Shown: piece by piece, positions 1-14,288 of the stretch | Layout: every line of letters starts with the position of its first letter | Numbering within the stretch: position 1 is the first letter of the stretch | DNA from: Botryllus schlosseri | Lineage: Eukaryota | Length of the DNA: 64,000 bases | Direction of reading: 5' to 3' | Assembly: GCA_051294905.1 (NCBI GenBank) | Contig: CM119372.1 | Span: forward strand, 39,434,001-39,498,000 | Made by a program: the position numbers and the translations under genes | The notes under the pieces: generated by a model | Databases searched by the model: none | What the model was told of the DNA's origin: nothing | What the model saw: the letters and a program-made list of their open reading frames with translations, nothing else

Positions 1-741
1 ACGGCTTGTTTCTCTTACACAGTTTAGTACCATGTGTCTAACTTTCTGTAATCATTGCAGCTGTCCGGTATAATGAAATTTGTCACGTCTGGATGCTGAA
101 CAGTTGGAGATTGAAATTGTAATACTGCAAAATCACCTCCATCTCGAAACCCACCAGGATGCAGCAAACATTTGGTGCCTTGTGGACATGGAAAAGTACA
201 GCGGCGTATGCGCAGCAGCTATGAATGTTGCAAGCGTGTTTGGTTCAACTTATCGCTGTGAATCAGCCTTTTCGGACATGAACTTCATCAAAAACAAACA
301 CATAACACGCCTCACTAATGTAAATCTGGAACACTCACTTCGTGTTGCAGGGTCAAGTTACATACCACTAGTTGATAGCATGCAATGCAAGGCTTCCCAC
401 TGACTAATATAGAAACAGAAAACATGATGTCAAGTCCAGTCTAAAGTGTGACATCATTTATTTTAAAATTTGAGTTGACTGTTGTATAATTTATACAAAC
501 CTGGTGCGAAGTAATTCATGATTTCTTAAAAATGTTAGTGGCTAGTTTTAGTTGAAATGAGATATTTTGACTTAAAATACTCTCTTAGAAGTCTTGTTGC
601 AATGTGATTCCTGCCCAGTTCGATGAATATCAAAGCGGAAATTCAGTCTGGCACGGGTAAACGGAGGAAATAAAGGGTAGCCCGTCGCTTCAATCAGTAC
701 CCAAAAGTAGCCCTTGGATGCAAAAAGGTTGGTGACCCCTG
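1..741 (+). mobile_element. 3' end of a hAT (Buster/Charlie, GTF2IRD2-like) transposon with degraded transposase C-terminus
   Basis: ORF 80-403 contains the hATC dimerisation motif FGSTYRCESAFSDMNFIKNKHITRLT. Right TIR caaaaaggttggtgacccctg at 721-741. Confidence 0.85.
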
Positions 742-969
742 ATAGTGGCTATCACTTCACTAAAATGTAGGGTTCGAATTAGCAATATGACGTCACGTGG
801 CGACATGATGGTAACGTTTGCGTTCACACAGATCTTTCAAAAAGGTTCGCGCTCACACGAACCTGAACCTTTCACAGATTCACACCACCCCTAGTTAGTA
901 TTACGCCGTGTGGTAGAGGAACAAATTAGTGGTACGCGATGGGAAGAAGTTTGAGAAACACTGGATTAG

Positions 970-1358
970 ATAACATAACATAACATCGTGGGGTTATATT
1001 TTTCATCTGAACTAGTCACACACAATGTACAATGCGATAAGACACAATGCGATGTCATGAACAGCTAGGAGGATGTCGAACGACACGCATCAGTAGCGAT
1101 CCTTTACTCTAACATCCACCTCGGCCTAGAGTGCCCGATGTCACAGTTATTTTCGATGTTAATCATTTTTTGAAGCCGCGGCCCTTTCTACTAGTTCTTT
1201 CCATTCCTTGTGAGTGCTTGCTTCGTCGGGTCTTTTTCTGGGCTTTTTTGTCGCCGGCAACGGCAGGGGAAGAGGAGCCCAGTTACACCTCCGACGGGAA
1301 TCGAACCCGGTCCGTCTGGTTGGTGAGCGCTTATCGTAATCACTACACTATCTCCCCC
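970..1358 (-). mobile_element. tRNA-derived SINE
   Basis: The minus strand begins with an A box (TAGTGTAGTG) and B box (GGTTCGATTCC) at 1358-1290, and the acceptor stem does not pair. About 300 nt of body follows, ending in a (GTTAT)n tail at ~970-986. Confidence 0.7.
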
Positions 1359-3288
1359 GACGACGTCAGAGGATAAACGTGACCTTGCTGGACTTGCACA
1401 TGTCGATTTGGAGGCGAGTACGCAGAGATACGCCGTTACTCTCTGAAATAGACGTGCACATGCTTGTTCTTCGGTGATAGCTTTTCAATCATACGGCGAA
1501 ATTCAACGGTGTGTTATCGTGGGTGCCTGCGAATTGGAATTCAATCCTGCGCATGATCGTGTCTTGCGGTACGGATCTGGGAACATAAATAGAGAAACGC
1601 ATCCCAGAACGCCGTTAAAAGTCCGCGAACTATTTTCACGATGCGAACTAGTCAATTCGAAGCCCGAACCCCATGATGTTGGATATGATAGAGATGAATT
1701 AGTGATAGAGTGCGCGCTTCCCCGTATGTAGTCATCTGTTTTGTGCATTTATTCTTGTCTGCTTGAAACAGTTGTATTCCTCAATTGTCACGCAATAAGC
1801 GGGTATAGTTTAATTCTTTAAAGACACGGTGTACTGCACACCAGATTATCAGTGGCACTAGTTCTGCATTTATTCGGTTCTTTTGGAGAAAAACTTTCTA
1901 AACTCCAGTAAACTTTATCGACACCGAACGGACGAGCGCATCGATATCGAATTTCAACCATTGGGTATTTGGTAGAAAGCGAAATCCTGGTCACGACATG
2001 CAATCATGCTGCGTTTGCTGCAGTTACACTTGAACAACCTCACAATTTCAAGATTACAGTCAACTGCATGGCTTGATATGAGCATCCCCTGTGTTAAAAC
2101 GCCGCTTTTGATGAGGCGGAATGAGATCTCGTGCGACTATGACGTTTTCGACATAAGGCAAAGAGTAATTATGACGTCACAGGACTGGGTATACCCACGT
2201 AAAATAACGGCTCGGCGCAACGGTTGTTACTGACTACATGACTGAACCATTCGATAGTTTACGGAGCCGGAGCAGCGGTATCAATGAGCTCCGGAGCTTG
2301 GAGGCGGAGCTAATTCATTATAGACGAGAGTTCGGAGCCGGAGCTATAGCAGTTTAAAATTTGTGTCAGCACCAAAGCCCTGTTCAAGACAATTACCATT
2401 TACAACAGATGTAGACAACAGGAAAAGTGTGAAACTACTTTCGTCAGTTATTCGAGATCGTTGGCTTGTCTTGATGCTCATTTTTAATGTGATGCTCCAT
2501 GTTCACATACGTAGGTGGAGCCAAACGTGATGACCACAGACGTACATAGCCACTGTAAGGTGTGATACGTTGAGGTCGTTGGTTCAGAGAAGGCAAGTGA
2601 GGCAGTATGTCACCTGCCGTCGGGATGTGTGAACGAAAATTGTGAATATATTTGTTTTCTATCGATGTTATTGAATGACTAGATTTTGAACATTTTCACT
2701 CCCAAAATCACGCAATTTGCATATTTATTGTTGGAAAATAAAGCGCGAAAGGAGACGTAAGGCACGTATGAGGCTGACATGAGCCACATAGGTGAGGTCG
2801 CATATCAAGCCTCAGTTATGATAGCGCAATTCACCATAAATAGCTTAAACTAATTAATTATCTAATGTTAATGTCGCACAGATTCCGGAAATCTAAATAT
2901 TTTAATCGAATTCTCAATTCTCAAAGTATTCGGTGGTAACAAAACGCTGCACAACACGCCAATATTTTAACGCCGATACTACAATCCTATACTTACTGAT
3001 CAAGAACGTGGAAACTGACAGCTATGGCGTTGTTTGTAATTTGAATTTGTAATTCTGTAATTGTAACTGTTATACAGGCGTCACAATGTCTGCTATTCTC
3101 TTCGATCATTTGCTCAATTACCGTTAATACCGTATCGTGCAATCCGAGATTATGAGGCGCGCGATGTCTGGTGCATCGAACTCGCGAGTGATCTTTGTCG
3201 TCGGCGCGGAAGCAACATGAATTTGAAGATTTTAAAAAGGGGGCTGAGTCCCTAACCCTGAATACACCACTGTCTTGTCCTCTTAGAG

Positions 3289-4839
3289 CAGGGGTCGGCA
3301 ACCTTTTGCTAGTCGCGGGCCAAATTTCGAGTGTGTAACTTTTTGGCGGGCCGGAATTTTTCCTAATAATGTATTTTACGCTTACTTCGGTATATTATCC
3401 TACATTGCTGCAATCTTTATCATACCAATCATAAAACACATGTATTTTCACTTCAACAACGCAGAATAAATGTGACAATTGACGCAGCTTGCTTTGTGAA
3501 AGGTTTTCAACTTCTGATAACAAGTCAGATGAAGCAAGAATCAGACCATATTCTAAATCGGCGTCCGAAATACGTGATCTTAGCTTGCTCTTCGTGAATT
3601 TTATTGTTCAAAACTATTGCTCACATGCGTACGTGCTACCAAAAATAGATGCAATGTCTTCTGCATTGTTGGACAAGCTGGGATAAAGATGAATTTCAAG
3701 AACGTACTCTTTATCAAAGTCATGCAGCGATATGCTCTTTGTATTAAATTTGTCAATCAATCCAACTGTATCGGATTTCAAAAAGGCCCATTTGAAATTT
3801 TCAGGCAATGCTATTGGCGTCCACATTAAATGGAATTTATTTTGTATAGAAGGAAAGTCGGTAAAGCGGGTGAATATTCAGTAATTAAATTTTGTATCAC
3901 AGTTACAAATATAGCGTTGGTACCAGGTTTTCTCTCCTCCAGTATAGGAAAGTGAGCACTGTTCGCACTGTTGAAATTCCCCGAGACGCAGATTTGTTTC
4001 GAATGCGCCTCAACATCTCATGTATTCAGTAGTTTTCCCCCCGAAGTTGCAAATTCAATTTGTTCAGATGTGACGTTAAATGTACCAGGAGAGTAAGATT
4101 TGATACCCATTTTCGATTATAAGATTATGAGTCGGCGATATTTGTATTTTCGAGGAAAGGTGCTATTTCATTTCTCAGTTCATAGACTCGTGCAAGCATA
4201 GCTGCTCGACTTAATGCGCGAACATGTTAGATATACATTACATCGTCATATTGATTCTATGCTTCTAGTAATATTTGGCGTAACAATGTTGCTGATTCAG
4301 TTTGTGAGACAAAATCATATTAACAGTTTTCATCATTGTGGCCAAAACACTTCAGGTTTTTTGTCTTGGCGCACAATGCCTTTTGGGAATTAAACTATTG
4401 ATAACTAACCTACGGAGGCTAGTTATCTGTAATTAAGCAGTGTAAGTTTGAGATTTTGTCATTGCGTCTGAGATTTTCCAAGCGTTTTTGAAGCGGAGGA
4501 AGGACACCTTTATTGTCTCACCCCATCGGTAAACCCGTTAAAAAGTATGGTACGCTTTCGGTTGCGAGATACACCCGATTGATAAGCACTGATCTATTCT
4601 ACTCTAAACAGACAATCTTCATCTCCTACTTTAACCGCCTTCGTTTTATGGCGTCAAAATAGACTAATACGATGTCGTAGCAATACCGCATTCTTTCCAA
4701 GCAGTGCGGCACTGCAGATTGAAAAGCATTGTGAAACGGCGGGCCGTATTCTTGTGATAACGAATTATTATGTCGCGGGCCGGACGATTTCGCTTGGCGG
4801 GCCGGATCTGGCCCGCGGGCCGTAGGTTGCCGACCCTTG
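3289..4839 (-). mobile_element. Internally deleted hAT (Buster/Charlie) transposon with transposase pseudogene
   Basis: TIRs caggggtcggcaacc / ggttgccgacccttg, 8-bp TSD tcttagag. Fragments include ASIFGSTYACEQ. Confidence 0.9.
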
Positions 4840-5260
4840 TCTTAGAGTCATGATTATACAGCCACGAGAATAATAATTCGGGGCCCAATGAAAATATACT
4901 AACAAGTTGCTGCAACATTTTGATAATTTGATTAAAAAAACGAATATTTGGCAACTAGGCATCCCGGTTCCGATAGTCGTCGAAAGCGGACGTACAGTGA
5001 TCAGTGGTAATCAGGAGAGACACTGGAATACGCCCTTCGCCTTTGCGCAATATCGGAAAACAGCTCGGAAGACATGGTTGCTATTGAGGATATGGCAAAA
5101 CGCAAATCATCTCTATCAACTGAATAAGATGAGGATCTGGCAACAAAACCACCGCCGAGGAGTAGACTCTGCATGAATCAAGACCTCAAAACTCGAGAAG
5201 GTATGTCCAAATGTATCTCCGTATGCGAACATAAAGACCATTACAGGTAAAACACGCAGA

Positions 5261-5917
5261 ATGAAACACTGGAATCCGATTGCAGTTCATGATGAGATTG
5301 TATCTATAGTAAGCAATTATGAGGACATTAAGAGGCCATCGGGAGATATTATGATCAAATGCTACAACGAAAGGCAGGTAAAGATCCTTCTTGATACTGA
5401 CGAAATAATTACTAAAGAGTCGACAACCCGCATTCCTGTGGAAGTTACACGCTACCTAAATAGGACACGTGCTTCCAGAGTCGTCCTTAATGGTGTTCCA
5501 ACTGATGTGTGTGAATATGAAGTCATCCAAGCGTTATCAAATTATGGAATGACATTTGTAAAACGTCTAAAGCGTAAAACAGATGATGGATTCGTAGAAA
5601 GTCTCACCGTACTGCTTGGCGGTTTCACAACCACCTATTCGAGATGTGGTGGCCGGGATCACGAATATTCAAATTGCACGCGAGATATGAAATGCGTAAC
5701 TGTTCACCGTCCAGGTAATCATAGTTCTGCATATAGGGGATGCCCAGCATACGAAAGAGAACGACAGATACAGAAACTGAAAGAAAGTGAGAAAATTAAT
5801 TTCGAAACAGCGAGAGCCAAAGTGCAAATCGAGAGTGGACCCTCTACTACCCTTCAAAGTCCTTCGTACAGCGATATAACTCGAGTGCTAAATACAACCC
5901 AAGACCCCAAGACCTAA
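5261..5917 (+). pseudogene. LINE ORF1 (gag-like nucleic-acid-binding protein), truncated
   Basis: 218-aa ORF with an RRM-like segment (SRVVLNGVP..VKRL) and CCHC remnants, directly upstream of APE fragments. Confidence 0.75.
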
Positions 5918-6757
5918 AACCTAAAACACCCACTTATCCAATTCCAAACGCATGCAATTTGACGCAAGCCGAAAGAAGTGCTGTCCCGCCTAGCAATGGA
6001 TCGCAGATCCCAGAAGACTCAATATTATCACTGATGACTTCTCTCCACCCATTGGTAATGCTTGAATTTATATCTGAGATAATAAGTGTGCCCATCATAT
6101 CTTGTTAATCCAAAGAAAGAGATTATATATCTCATGTAATTTCATGTGCGGCTCAAAAATGGCTCGGCTTACCAATTATCGGTGAATCACTGGCGTTGAC
6201 GCTGTGAGCGATGGCGGTCAATATAGGACTGCGTATACTGCAATGGAGCTGTCACGGTATCTATCGGAAAACCCCAGCGTTCAAGCGGTATTTATCAAAA
6301 CTCCGGAAGCAACCAGACCTTATGCTACTCCAAGAGACGCGCATCTTATCCCCGAATACGTACCAAAATATAATAGCTATACCGTGTAATCAGACGATGC
6401 CACGCAGTTCGCAGTGAGATACAACTTGATGGCCCACCGGGTGTCGAAACGTTATGCGTTAAAGTGGGCGAAATTACCATCTGTAATATTTACTGCCACC
6501 CAGAGTCATCGATCACTCCAAATTACTTTCATTTCATAGGGAACTGGCAGAGTAAAGCAGTGATCTTAGGTGTCCTCAACGCACACCACTGGGCTTGGGG
6601 AGCTACCCACTACCCAGTAAACCAGGGGCGGGCAACTTCTCCAGTCGGCGGGCCGGATATAGGAAAATAAATTACTTGGAGGGCCGGATTCCTAAATCGA
6701 TACAAAATGATCGTGTATTTATATCCATCTATACAAGTTTTACCTGTACCTATACAA

Positions 6758-8620
6758 CAGTGGTTCTCAAACTTTTTTGGACACGCCCCCATTTATGATA
6801 GTGAAAATTTTCGCGCCCCCGTTATCGTCATATCACAAAATGCGACCAGAATGCTAGTAATCTCAGTGGATAGTTTGATGGCATAGAACAGGGGTCGGCA
6901 ACCTTTTGCTAGTCGCGGGCCAAATCTCGGGTGAACAACCTTTTGGCGGGCCGGATTTTTCTTAGTACTATATTTTACGCTCACTTCGGTATATTATCCT
7001 ACATTGCTGCAATCTCAATCATACCAATCCGAAGACACCTGTATTTACACTTCAACGACACAGAATAATTGTAACAATTGACGCAGCTTGCTTTGTGAAA
7101 GGTTTTCAACTTCTGGTAACAAGTTAGATGAAACAAGAATCAGACCCTATTCAAAATGGACGTCCGAAATACGTGATCTTAGCTTGCTCTTCGTGAATTT
7201 CATTGTTCAAAACTATTGTTCACATGCGTACGTGCTTCCAAAAATCGATGCAATTTCTTTTGCATTGCTGGTCAAGCTGGGATAAAGACCAATTTCAAGA
7301 ACGTACTCTTTGTCAAAGTCATGCAGCGATATGCTCTTTGTATAAAATTTGTCATTCAATTCAACTGCATCGCATTTCAAAAAGGCCCATTTGAAATTTT
7401 CAGGCAGTGGTATTGGCTTCCACATTAAACAGAGTACTGAATAGTCAGAACTCATTTTGTAGAGAAGGAATGTCGGAAAAGAGGGTGAATATTCAGTAGT
7501 TAAATTTCGTATCACAGTTACAAATGTAGTGTTGGTACTAGGTTTTCTCTCCTCCAGTATAGGAGAGTGAGCATAATTTTCTTTGTACTGTTGACATTTC
7601 CAGATTTGTTTTGAATGCGCCTCAACAGCTCATGTATGTAGTTGTTTTCCCCCTGAAGTTGCAAGTTCAATTTGTTCAGATATGACGTTGAGAGATACCC
7701 ATTTTCGATTACAAGATTATGAGTCGGCAATATTTGTATTTTCGAGGAAAGTTGCTATTTCATTTCTCAGTTCATACACTCGCGTAAGTATAGCTGCTCT
7801 ACTCAATGAGCGAAAATGACAGATATAGGCCTACATGACATCGGCATATTGATTCTCTGCTTCTAGTAATATCTGGCGTAACTGATTCAGTTGATGAGAC
7901 AAAAATCATATTAACAGTTTTCAGCATTGTGACTAAAACACTATTCAGGTTTTTTGTCTGGCACACAATGCCTTCTGGAAAATCAAACTATAGACAGGCT
8001 AACTAACATACGGAGGCTAGTTATCTATAATTGAATAGTTTGAAATTCCGTCACTGCGTCTGAGATGCTCCAAGCGTTTTTTGAAGCAAAGGAAGAACAC
8101 GTTTATTGTAACACCCCGTTAGAGTATTAACCTTTAAAAAAGCATGGAACACCTTCGGTTGCGAGATACACCCGATTGATAAGCACTGATCCAGTCTAGT
8201 CTATCTCCATTCCATCTCCTACTTCAACCACCTTCGTTTTATGGCGTAACAATAGACTAATACGATGTATAGGCTACTATTATAACGTAGCAATGCCGCA
8301 TTTTTTTCATGCAGCGCTGCACTGCAGATTGAAACTCATTATGAAGCGGCGGGCCGTATTCTTGTGATAACTAATTATTATGTCGCGGGCCGGACGATTT
8401 CACTTGGCGGGCCGGATCCGGCCCGCGGGCCGTAGGTTGCCGACCCTTGGCATAGAAGGTTGACTGTTGATGAGAGAATATGAAATCCGGACTATATACA
8501 CATAACAATGGCTATGATTCGGGGATAAATCGCGCGGAGCGTGAAAAAATTTTTCAGTTGACCGCAACTTCGCCCCCCGCCCCTCAGATGATTTCACGCC
8601 TCCTCGGTTGAGAACAACTG
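6758..8620. mobile_element. hAT MITE nested in 6623-9009
   Basis: TIRs cagtggttctcaa / ttgagaacaactg, TSD ctatacaa/ctttacaa. Related to 52095-52293. Confidence 0.8.
6889..8449 (-). mobile_element. Second copy of the deleted Buster/Charlie hAT element
   Basis: Collinear with 3289-4839, same TIRs, different TSD (gcatagaa). Peptides YLNKLNLQLQGENN and IASIFGSTYACEQ. Confidence 0.9.
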
Positions 8621-9243
8621 CTTTACAATATTCGATACACCTATAAAATCGCATATAATATGAATATTAAGTTGAGAGCACATGGAGGCTAAAAACATCA
8701 TTTAATGAATTAATTACCGCAATACACGTCAATAGCTGTTAAAGTCAACGGTAGATCAAAGTTGTCGACAAGTTCCTTCACCTCTGGTTGCATGTCGGTC
8801 GTAGAAACCATCGGTAAAGACCGCATGTGAGCATCAGTTAGATTAAAACACAGCTTTGTCTTTTGAGTTTTATGGTAGACCCGAACAGAACAAGCGGTTT
8901 CAAGGCAACCTTTTTTCGGATGTGGGCTGCATAATCGTGTAAGACCGGAAACTGTCTGCGGGCAGCTGAAAATCCCTCCGGCCCGCGGGCCGTATGTTGT
9001 ACGCCCCTGCAGTAAACAAAAGTGTGTATATTCGAGCCCAAACAGGCGAAGACAGTGCAGAAGAAGTGAACGCACCCGTTTTGACACTATAAAGTGAGGC
9101 GGCACCTTTGATGAATGAAAAGTGATCTCTCTCGAATTCAGACGATCGATTTTTATCTTTACATGCTTGCCTTGAAGTGTGTATATTGATAGTCAAATGG
9201 TGTTTCAATGGCAGTTCCGTCACATTAATTTAGGGTTGCCATA

Positions 9244-9623
9244 TGTAGCGGTCGGTGCAACGCCTTGTTGCAAGACACGCTGGTATAGTGCTTGATTGGA
9301 GTCGACGCCTCGGCTACAGTTCCTGTTGTACTCACTAGTCGACTGACAAATGACCGTTCTGAGTTCTCTCGCAATCCTGATCACACACGTAGATCCAAGG
9401 AGCTTTCTTTAATAGCACAAAACAGCCAAATAGTAGTAATTAGTGGTCAGTGCAGATCACACGTAGATCCAAGGAGCTTTCTTTAATAGCACAAAACAGC
9501 CAAATAGTAGTAATTAGTGGTCAGTGCAGATTTACAAGGGTCGAATCATACTGCAATATATTACCAAATATAGAAAGAACGAAGTGAAATGAATCTAGTT
9601 GTCCTTTGTCTATATACGTTACA
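9244..9623 (-). mobile_element. Probable solo LTR
   Basis: TG...CA ends with short inverted termini (tgtagcg / cgttaca), ATTAAA on the minus strand, and an internal tandem duplication of ~73 bp (9385-9530). No clear TSD. Confidence 0.5.
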
Positions 9624-10396
9624 TTCCGGACGTGTCCGGAATTTCACTGTTAAATCAGCGTCCGGTAGGGAATTCAAATAGATACCTAAATGTCCGAAAT
9701 TTTGATGGCTTGAAGTAGGCTCATAATTTTTATTAAATTAACACAAACAGCATTATTTTTTGGCAGATGTATGCTATATTCGAAATATTTTTTCGCGCTG
9801 CGCGCGATTAAGTATCACATATATTGATTTTAATATGGGGTGGGCACTATCGCCCGAAACTGCAATCAAAAATAAATACAAATAACCTTCATTTACTGAA
9901 ATAAGTCTAATTGTTATCGCAATTCTAGGAGAACGGTATATTCCTAGAGTCGGTAATGATCGTTAAAATGCTTTATTCAAAGATAGTGTTTCTAAACCTG
10001 GGGTCGTTTGTGTTTATTTGGGAGTTCGCGAAGGTGTTGAACGTAATCAGCTTTCAAAATAGGCCGTGAGTATGTCTGGGCAAAGCTGCTAGTCTTTTTT
10101 TTAGTAATCAGCTTATGAAATTTTGAGCTGGGCCACGGAACATTTTCAAACTGGAAATGGAGTCGCGACCACAAAAGGCTGGAAACCACCGGATGTGTGG
10201 TGTTTATATAGCTCAGTGGTGCGCACTGGCATTAGGTAGATAAATAATATTATCGGTGTGACATGAACATGACTTAACGATGTAAAATTACGCTCCCTGC
10301 ATTTTCGAAGTCATCATCCTCCACCTGCTCTACCGCTAACTCTGATCATGTGGGCGGAGAGAGAATCAAAAGTATACAGCAGTGGCGGCTCGTGAC

Positions 10397-11695
10397 CAGC
10401 ACCGTAACTGCCGCACCCCAAACCCCCCAATTGGGGGGGGGGGCGAGCTCGAAGGGGGCCCCAAATTATTTCGTGAATTAGCATAAATTATAGAGTATTT
10501 TCTGAAAATTTGTGCAATTTTTTCCAAAATTTAAAGTTGCCAAATATCTTGATTATTTGGTACTCTTCCCCCAAGAATAAACACGCAAGATTTATAGAAA
10601 TGGACATATCGGCGTTGGCCATTAATACGCCACTACGCACCAAGATATATAACGATTTAGGACTTATTACATGCGACTCCAAGAAGTGTGCCAGAACGAT
10701 CGGCAGCGCGAAAATCTTGGCCGAAACAGACTGCCCTTACGCAGACCGAAAACTTCGTTATATATACAAAATAATAGGTTTAATTGTCCATAAGTGCCTA
10801 AATGACTGGCGTCATATGTTGCTTCCTGTCTTGGCAATCTGAACCTCAGAAGACAAATACCATCCAGCAGGAAAAAAATATATGCCTGTGAAGAAATACC
10901 AACTTGAAATCGTGTGCGTCTTTTAGTTTAGTACGTTTGAGCGATTGTATATTTTTGATATAGCAGACAGGAGGTCACGAAATAAAATCATGTAACGAAG
11001 TCATACCAACGGGTCCGGCCGCCCGAAGATGTTTAATTATTATTTACGGGCCCTACAGTTTCCGGTAAATCTGATAACGTGAGCAGAGAGGACAAGATAT
11101 TGATAGCAATATATTTGCAATTCCCGATCTTATTGACCGCTTGTATCACGAATTATCGAAAATTTTCGCGCTTCGAGCTGACTCACTAAACAGTGCAGCT
11201 AAGTTCGTGGCAAAAGCGAACACTGCGATGAAGGGGTCGGTTTATCACCCTATGAGACCCCCAAACCCAAGTTTTTGTGGGGGGGCGAGGCTGACGAAGT
11301 GCTGTTTCGTTCCTGCCAACGGGTATACGCCCGAATATGTCTAATTATTATTGGGCGGTCCTACGTTTTAAAAGATACCTTGCTCAGCTCTACCGGTGAA
11401 TCTGATTACGTGAGCAGGGAGAGGATCAAAATTGATAGCAATATGTATGTAATTCCCGATCATATTGCCTGATTCAATCATGATTTTCTGAAATTTTTCG
11501 CGCTTCGCGCGTCTAGGCGGGAATAGCTGATTCACTAAACCGACACCCAATGCAGATGTAAAATAGCGTCAAAAAGCGGTCAGCCAAATGGGGGTCTGGG
11601 GGGCGAAGCCCCCCAGAAGTTCGGTTTATCACCCTATGGGGGGCCCACGGCCAACGTTTTGGGGGGGGGCCTGACGAAGTGTTGTTACGGCCCTG
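10397..11695 (+). mobile_element. hAT-like MITE of the CAGGGCCGTAAC family
   Basis: Ends cagcaccgtaac / gttacggccctg, TSD ctcgtgac. Homologous to 18012-24845 and, reversed, to 53795-54800. Confidence 0.85.
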
Positions 11696-12117
11696 CTCGT
11701 GACAATATCGGGTGGTGGGGCAAGGGCTGCAAGCGACTTTTCATCAAGATGACGTCACAATGGCGTTTTCCAACGTAAACAAGTAACTTGATGGTACGGT
11801 AATATGAACTTCCCGACAACAGTGATTTTAACGTATGTGCCGCGAGAGGTCTGCCGGTGAGCTGTGACTTGAAGTGTGGTAACTGCGTAAACGCCGTACG
11901 GAACTAAGATTCGACACGGTTCATTTTCGCACTTGACCTGACTAAATATCTGCAGAAATGGAAATGACTAAAACTCGAGAGATTGCGTAAGCCTAACTGG
12001 TAAGGTCAACGAGTTCGGACACATACGCAATTGTTATCTCATAGATTGGGCATGTCATATTGAATCCAAAACATCATTCTGAAGAACTACGGATAGCAGC
12101 CTCGAAAATTCGGTCCC

Positions 12118-14288
12118 GGTACCGCATAGGAGATTTTGGCCTTGAAACTGGAGACTGTCACACGACACATACGGCTTACGGTCTATACCAGTGGTTCTCA
12201 ACCTTTTTCACCTCGCGGACCGATAAATTTTCAAAAAGTGTTTGGCGGACCGGTGAACTTTCAAAATTGAAATGAAGCCAAAATGTAAAGCATGCAACCG
12301 TTTTTGCAATTATATGGTGTTAGAGATTCACGTTTAAGAGGTTTTGATCGTAATTAATTATCTTAATGATGCCATCCATGTGATTTTATGGTAGTCAGTC
12401 TGCTGAGTCGATGTAAAATTGCCTTGTTCAGATAAACGCGCTACCGTGGAGAGTCGTTTACAGTCTTTCGCACCGAAGGCCGTGAGTTTAACCGACCACG
12501 CCCACTCGAATTATATTCTTTTCTTTGACAATATCGAAACAAGAAGCGTTTCGGAGTCGAACCAAGCACCTTGTTGTGCTGCCTTGCTCCTTGCCCACTG
12601 CCACCGGACGCATAGGCTACTCTGGCAACTACGAATACAATGCGTGACGCAAGAATACACCTTACAGCAACTATACCGGCCATACCTGCTGAAAAAGCAC
12701 TCCGTCAGCCCAGCCCCAAAAGCGTTGGTCTTGGGCTCCATATGGCGATAAGCCAAACTTCTGGAGGCTTCGCCCCCAGACCCTACAGTTGGGCTTATGT
12801 TTTCACCTTTACTTGTGAGCACATTCATTGTACTCAGTGTATGCAAAGAGTTTGAGTAGCTTAATCGCGTAAATAGCGAAAATTTTCCATCATTCATGAC
12901 TCCATCGGTTTTCTCGCTGCCGAATTTTTGGCACTTCTTTCGTGTTAGTCTAATCTTCATTATTATGTGGCTGTGGTTGACGCCGAAATGCCTATTTCTA
13001 TAAATCAAGCGTATTTCCGGAGAAGGGTACCTAATAAGCAAGACAGTGAGTGACACTAAATCGCGCAAAGCGAAAAATGAAATTGAAAAATGTTGGACTG
13101 GCGGTTGAGAACCACTGGTCTATACTGTCTATATATGTCTGCTGCAAAATCGCCTTTGGAAAATATATTACCGAATAAATACGTGGATGAAAGCTGAAAA
13201 CTTGGTACACTGCTACATGACATCATTGAGAAGTAGCCTCATGACCGTTTTCGGCATGGTACACTGTCAAAATTAATACGAACAGACCAACACTGAATTT
13301 TGCGTAAAATTTACTGAGGAATAGGCTGATCAAGTGATCAGCTGTTAGCCGCCATCGAAAACGAAACAGCTATCGCTCTTGACAGGGGTTGTAATTATAA
13401 GCAAATGACCCGAAGGCCACAATTTCACGGTGAAATTGACATTGGAAAATATAAAATAAAAGTAAATATTTGAATGCAAACCGAGAATGTTAGTAACCTG
13501 TTTCATGATATCATCATCTCGTCAAATATCTCAGTATGGAACACAGTTTACGTTAACACAGATACACCGGCTTTTGCGTTGAATCCGCAATGCGTTGGGT
13601 TGGCTAAGTGTCAGATCAGCGCACATCTCTACCATAATCGTCCTTGATAACGAAATTGCTGCCCTAATCATTGAGTGCCAACCTTGAGACTTGGCACAGC
13701 GTTCGATACTAAAATCAAGACACACCATGCAAAAGCTCATGACGGATCTAGGTAAGGAGCATCGTTAAAATCAATAGAGACCAATACCGGCTTTGCGTAA
13801 AATCTGTTTGCGATAAATGACGAGTCAGCTCTCACTCGATTTAGGAAACGAAATTACCACCAACATAGTTCAGTGACGAACTTGAAACTTGGTACAGCGT
13901 TCGATACTAACATTAAGACTTACCGTACCAAATGTCATGATCGATCTCGGTATGGAACATCGTCAAAATCAATGGATACCAATTCCGGCTTTTGAGTAAA
14001 ATCTGTTTGCGATACATGACGGATCAGCACACACTCAACTTCGGAAACGGAATTACTACCCTAAACTTTAAGTAGAAACCCTGAAACTTGGGACAGTGTT
14101 AAATACCACCATCACGACATGACATACCAAGTTTCAAGAATTATCATGGTGTGAAACACCATCAAAATCGACCTATACCAGCAAAGGTCGACTAAACGCA
14201 TATGACGATAACCGAGTTCAGATATAAATACGATTGTTACATCACACCTTAGGGGCACAGACCTATTGTGCCCCACTTGCTCGGTAAT
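12118..14288 (+). mobile_element. Helentron/DINE-1-like non-autonomous element with ~200-bp internal tandem units
   Basis: Recurrent (tg)aaacttggtacag units. 3' hairpin ggggcaca-n7-tgtgcccc at 14252-14274 followed by a short T-rich end. The 5' boundary is uncertain. Confidence 0.45.
12189..13117. mobile_element. hAT MITE
   Basis: TIRs cagtggttctcaacc / ggttgagaaccactg, TSD gtctatac. Confidence 0.9.

Larger units (their letters stand above)
6623..9009. mobile_element. hAT MITE hosting two nested elements
   Basis: TIRs caggggcgggcaac / gttgtacgcccctg, TSD cagtaaac. Same family as 35725-36322 in the opposite orientation. Confidence 0.85.
5090..9225 (+). mobile_element. Degraded I/Jockey-group LINE (gag-like ORF1 and APE endonuclease), interrupted at 6623-9009
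   Basis: ORF 5261-5917 has zinc-knuckle remnants (CGGRDHEYSNC..KCV..GNHSSAYRGCP). APE motifs LRILQWSCHGI..LMLLQET and ITICNIY..ILGVLNAHHWAWG. An APE-like VYIRAQTGEDSA resumes after 9017. Boundaries approximate. Confidence 0.8.

Noticed and set aside
1285..1358. tRNA gene on the minus strand
   Set aside because: The acceptor and anticodon stems do not pair, and it continues into a SINE body.
1380..2250. Several short ORFs in unique sequence
   Set aside because: No recognisable motifs or consistent splice structure.
3289..8449. Apparent segmental duplication
   Set aside because: The two copies have different TSDs, so they are independent insertions. The same holds for 27437 and 31798.
12419..13068. 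185-aa and neighbouring ORFs
   Set aside because: They lie wholly within a TSD-flanked MITE and show at most a faint hATC remnant.
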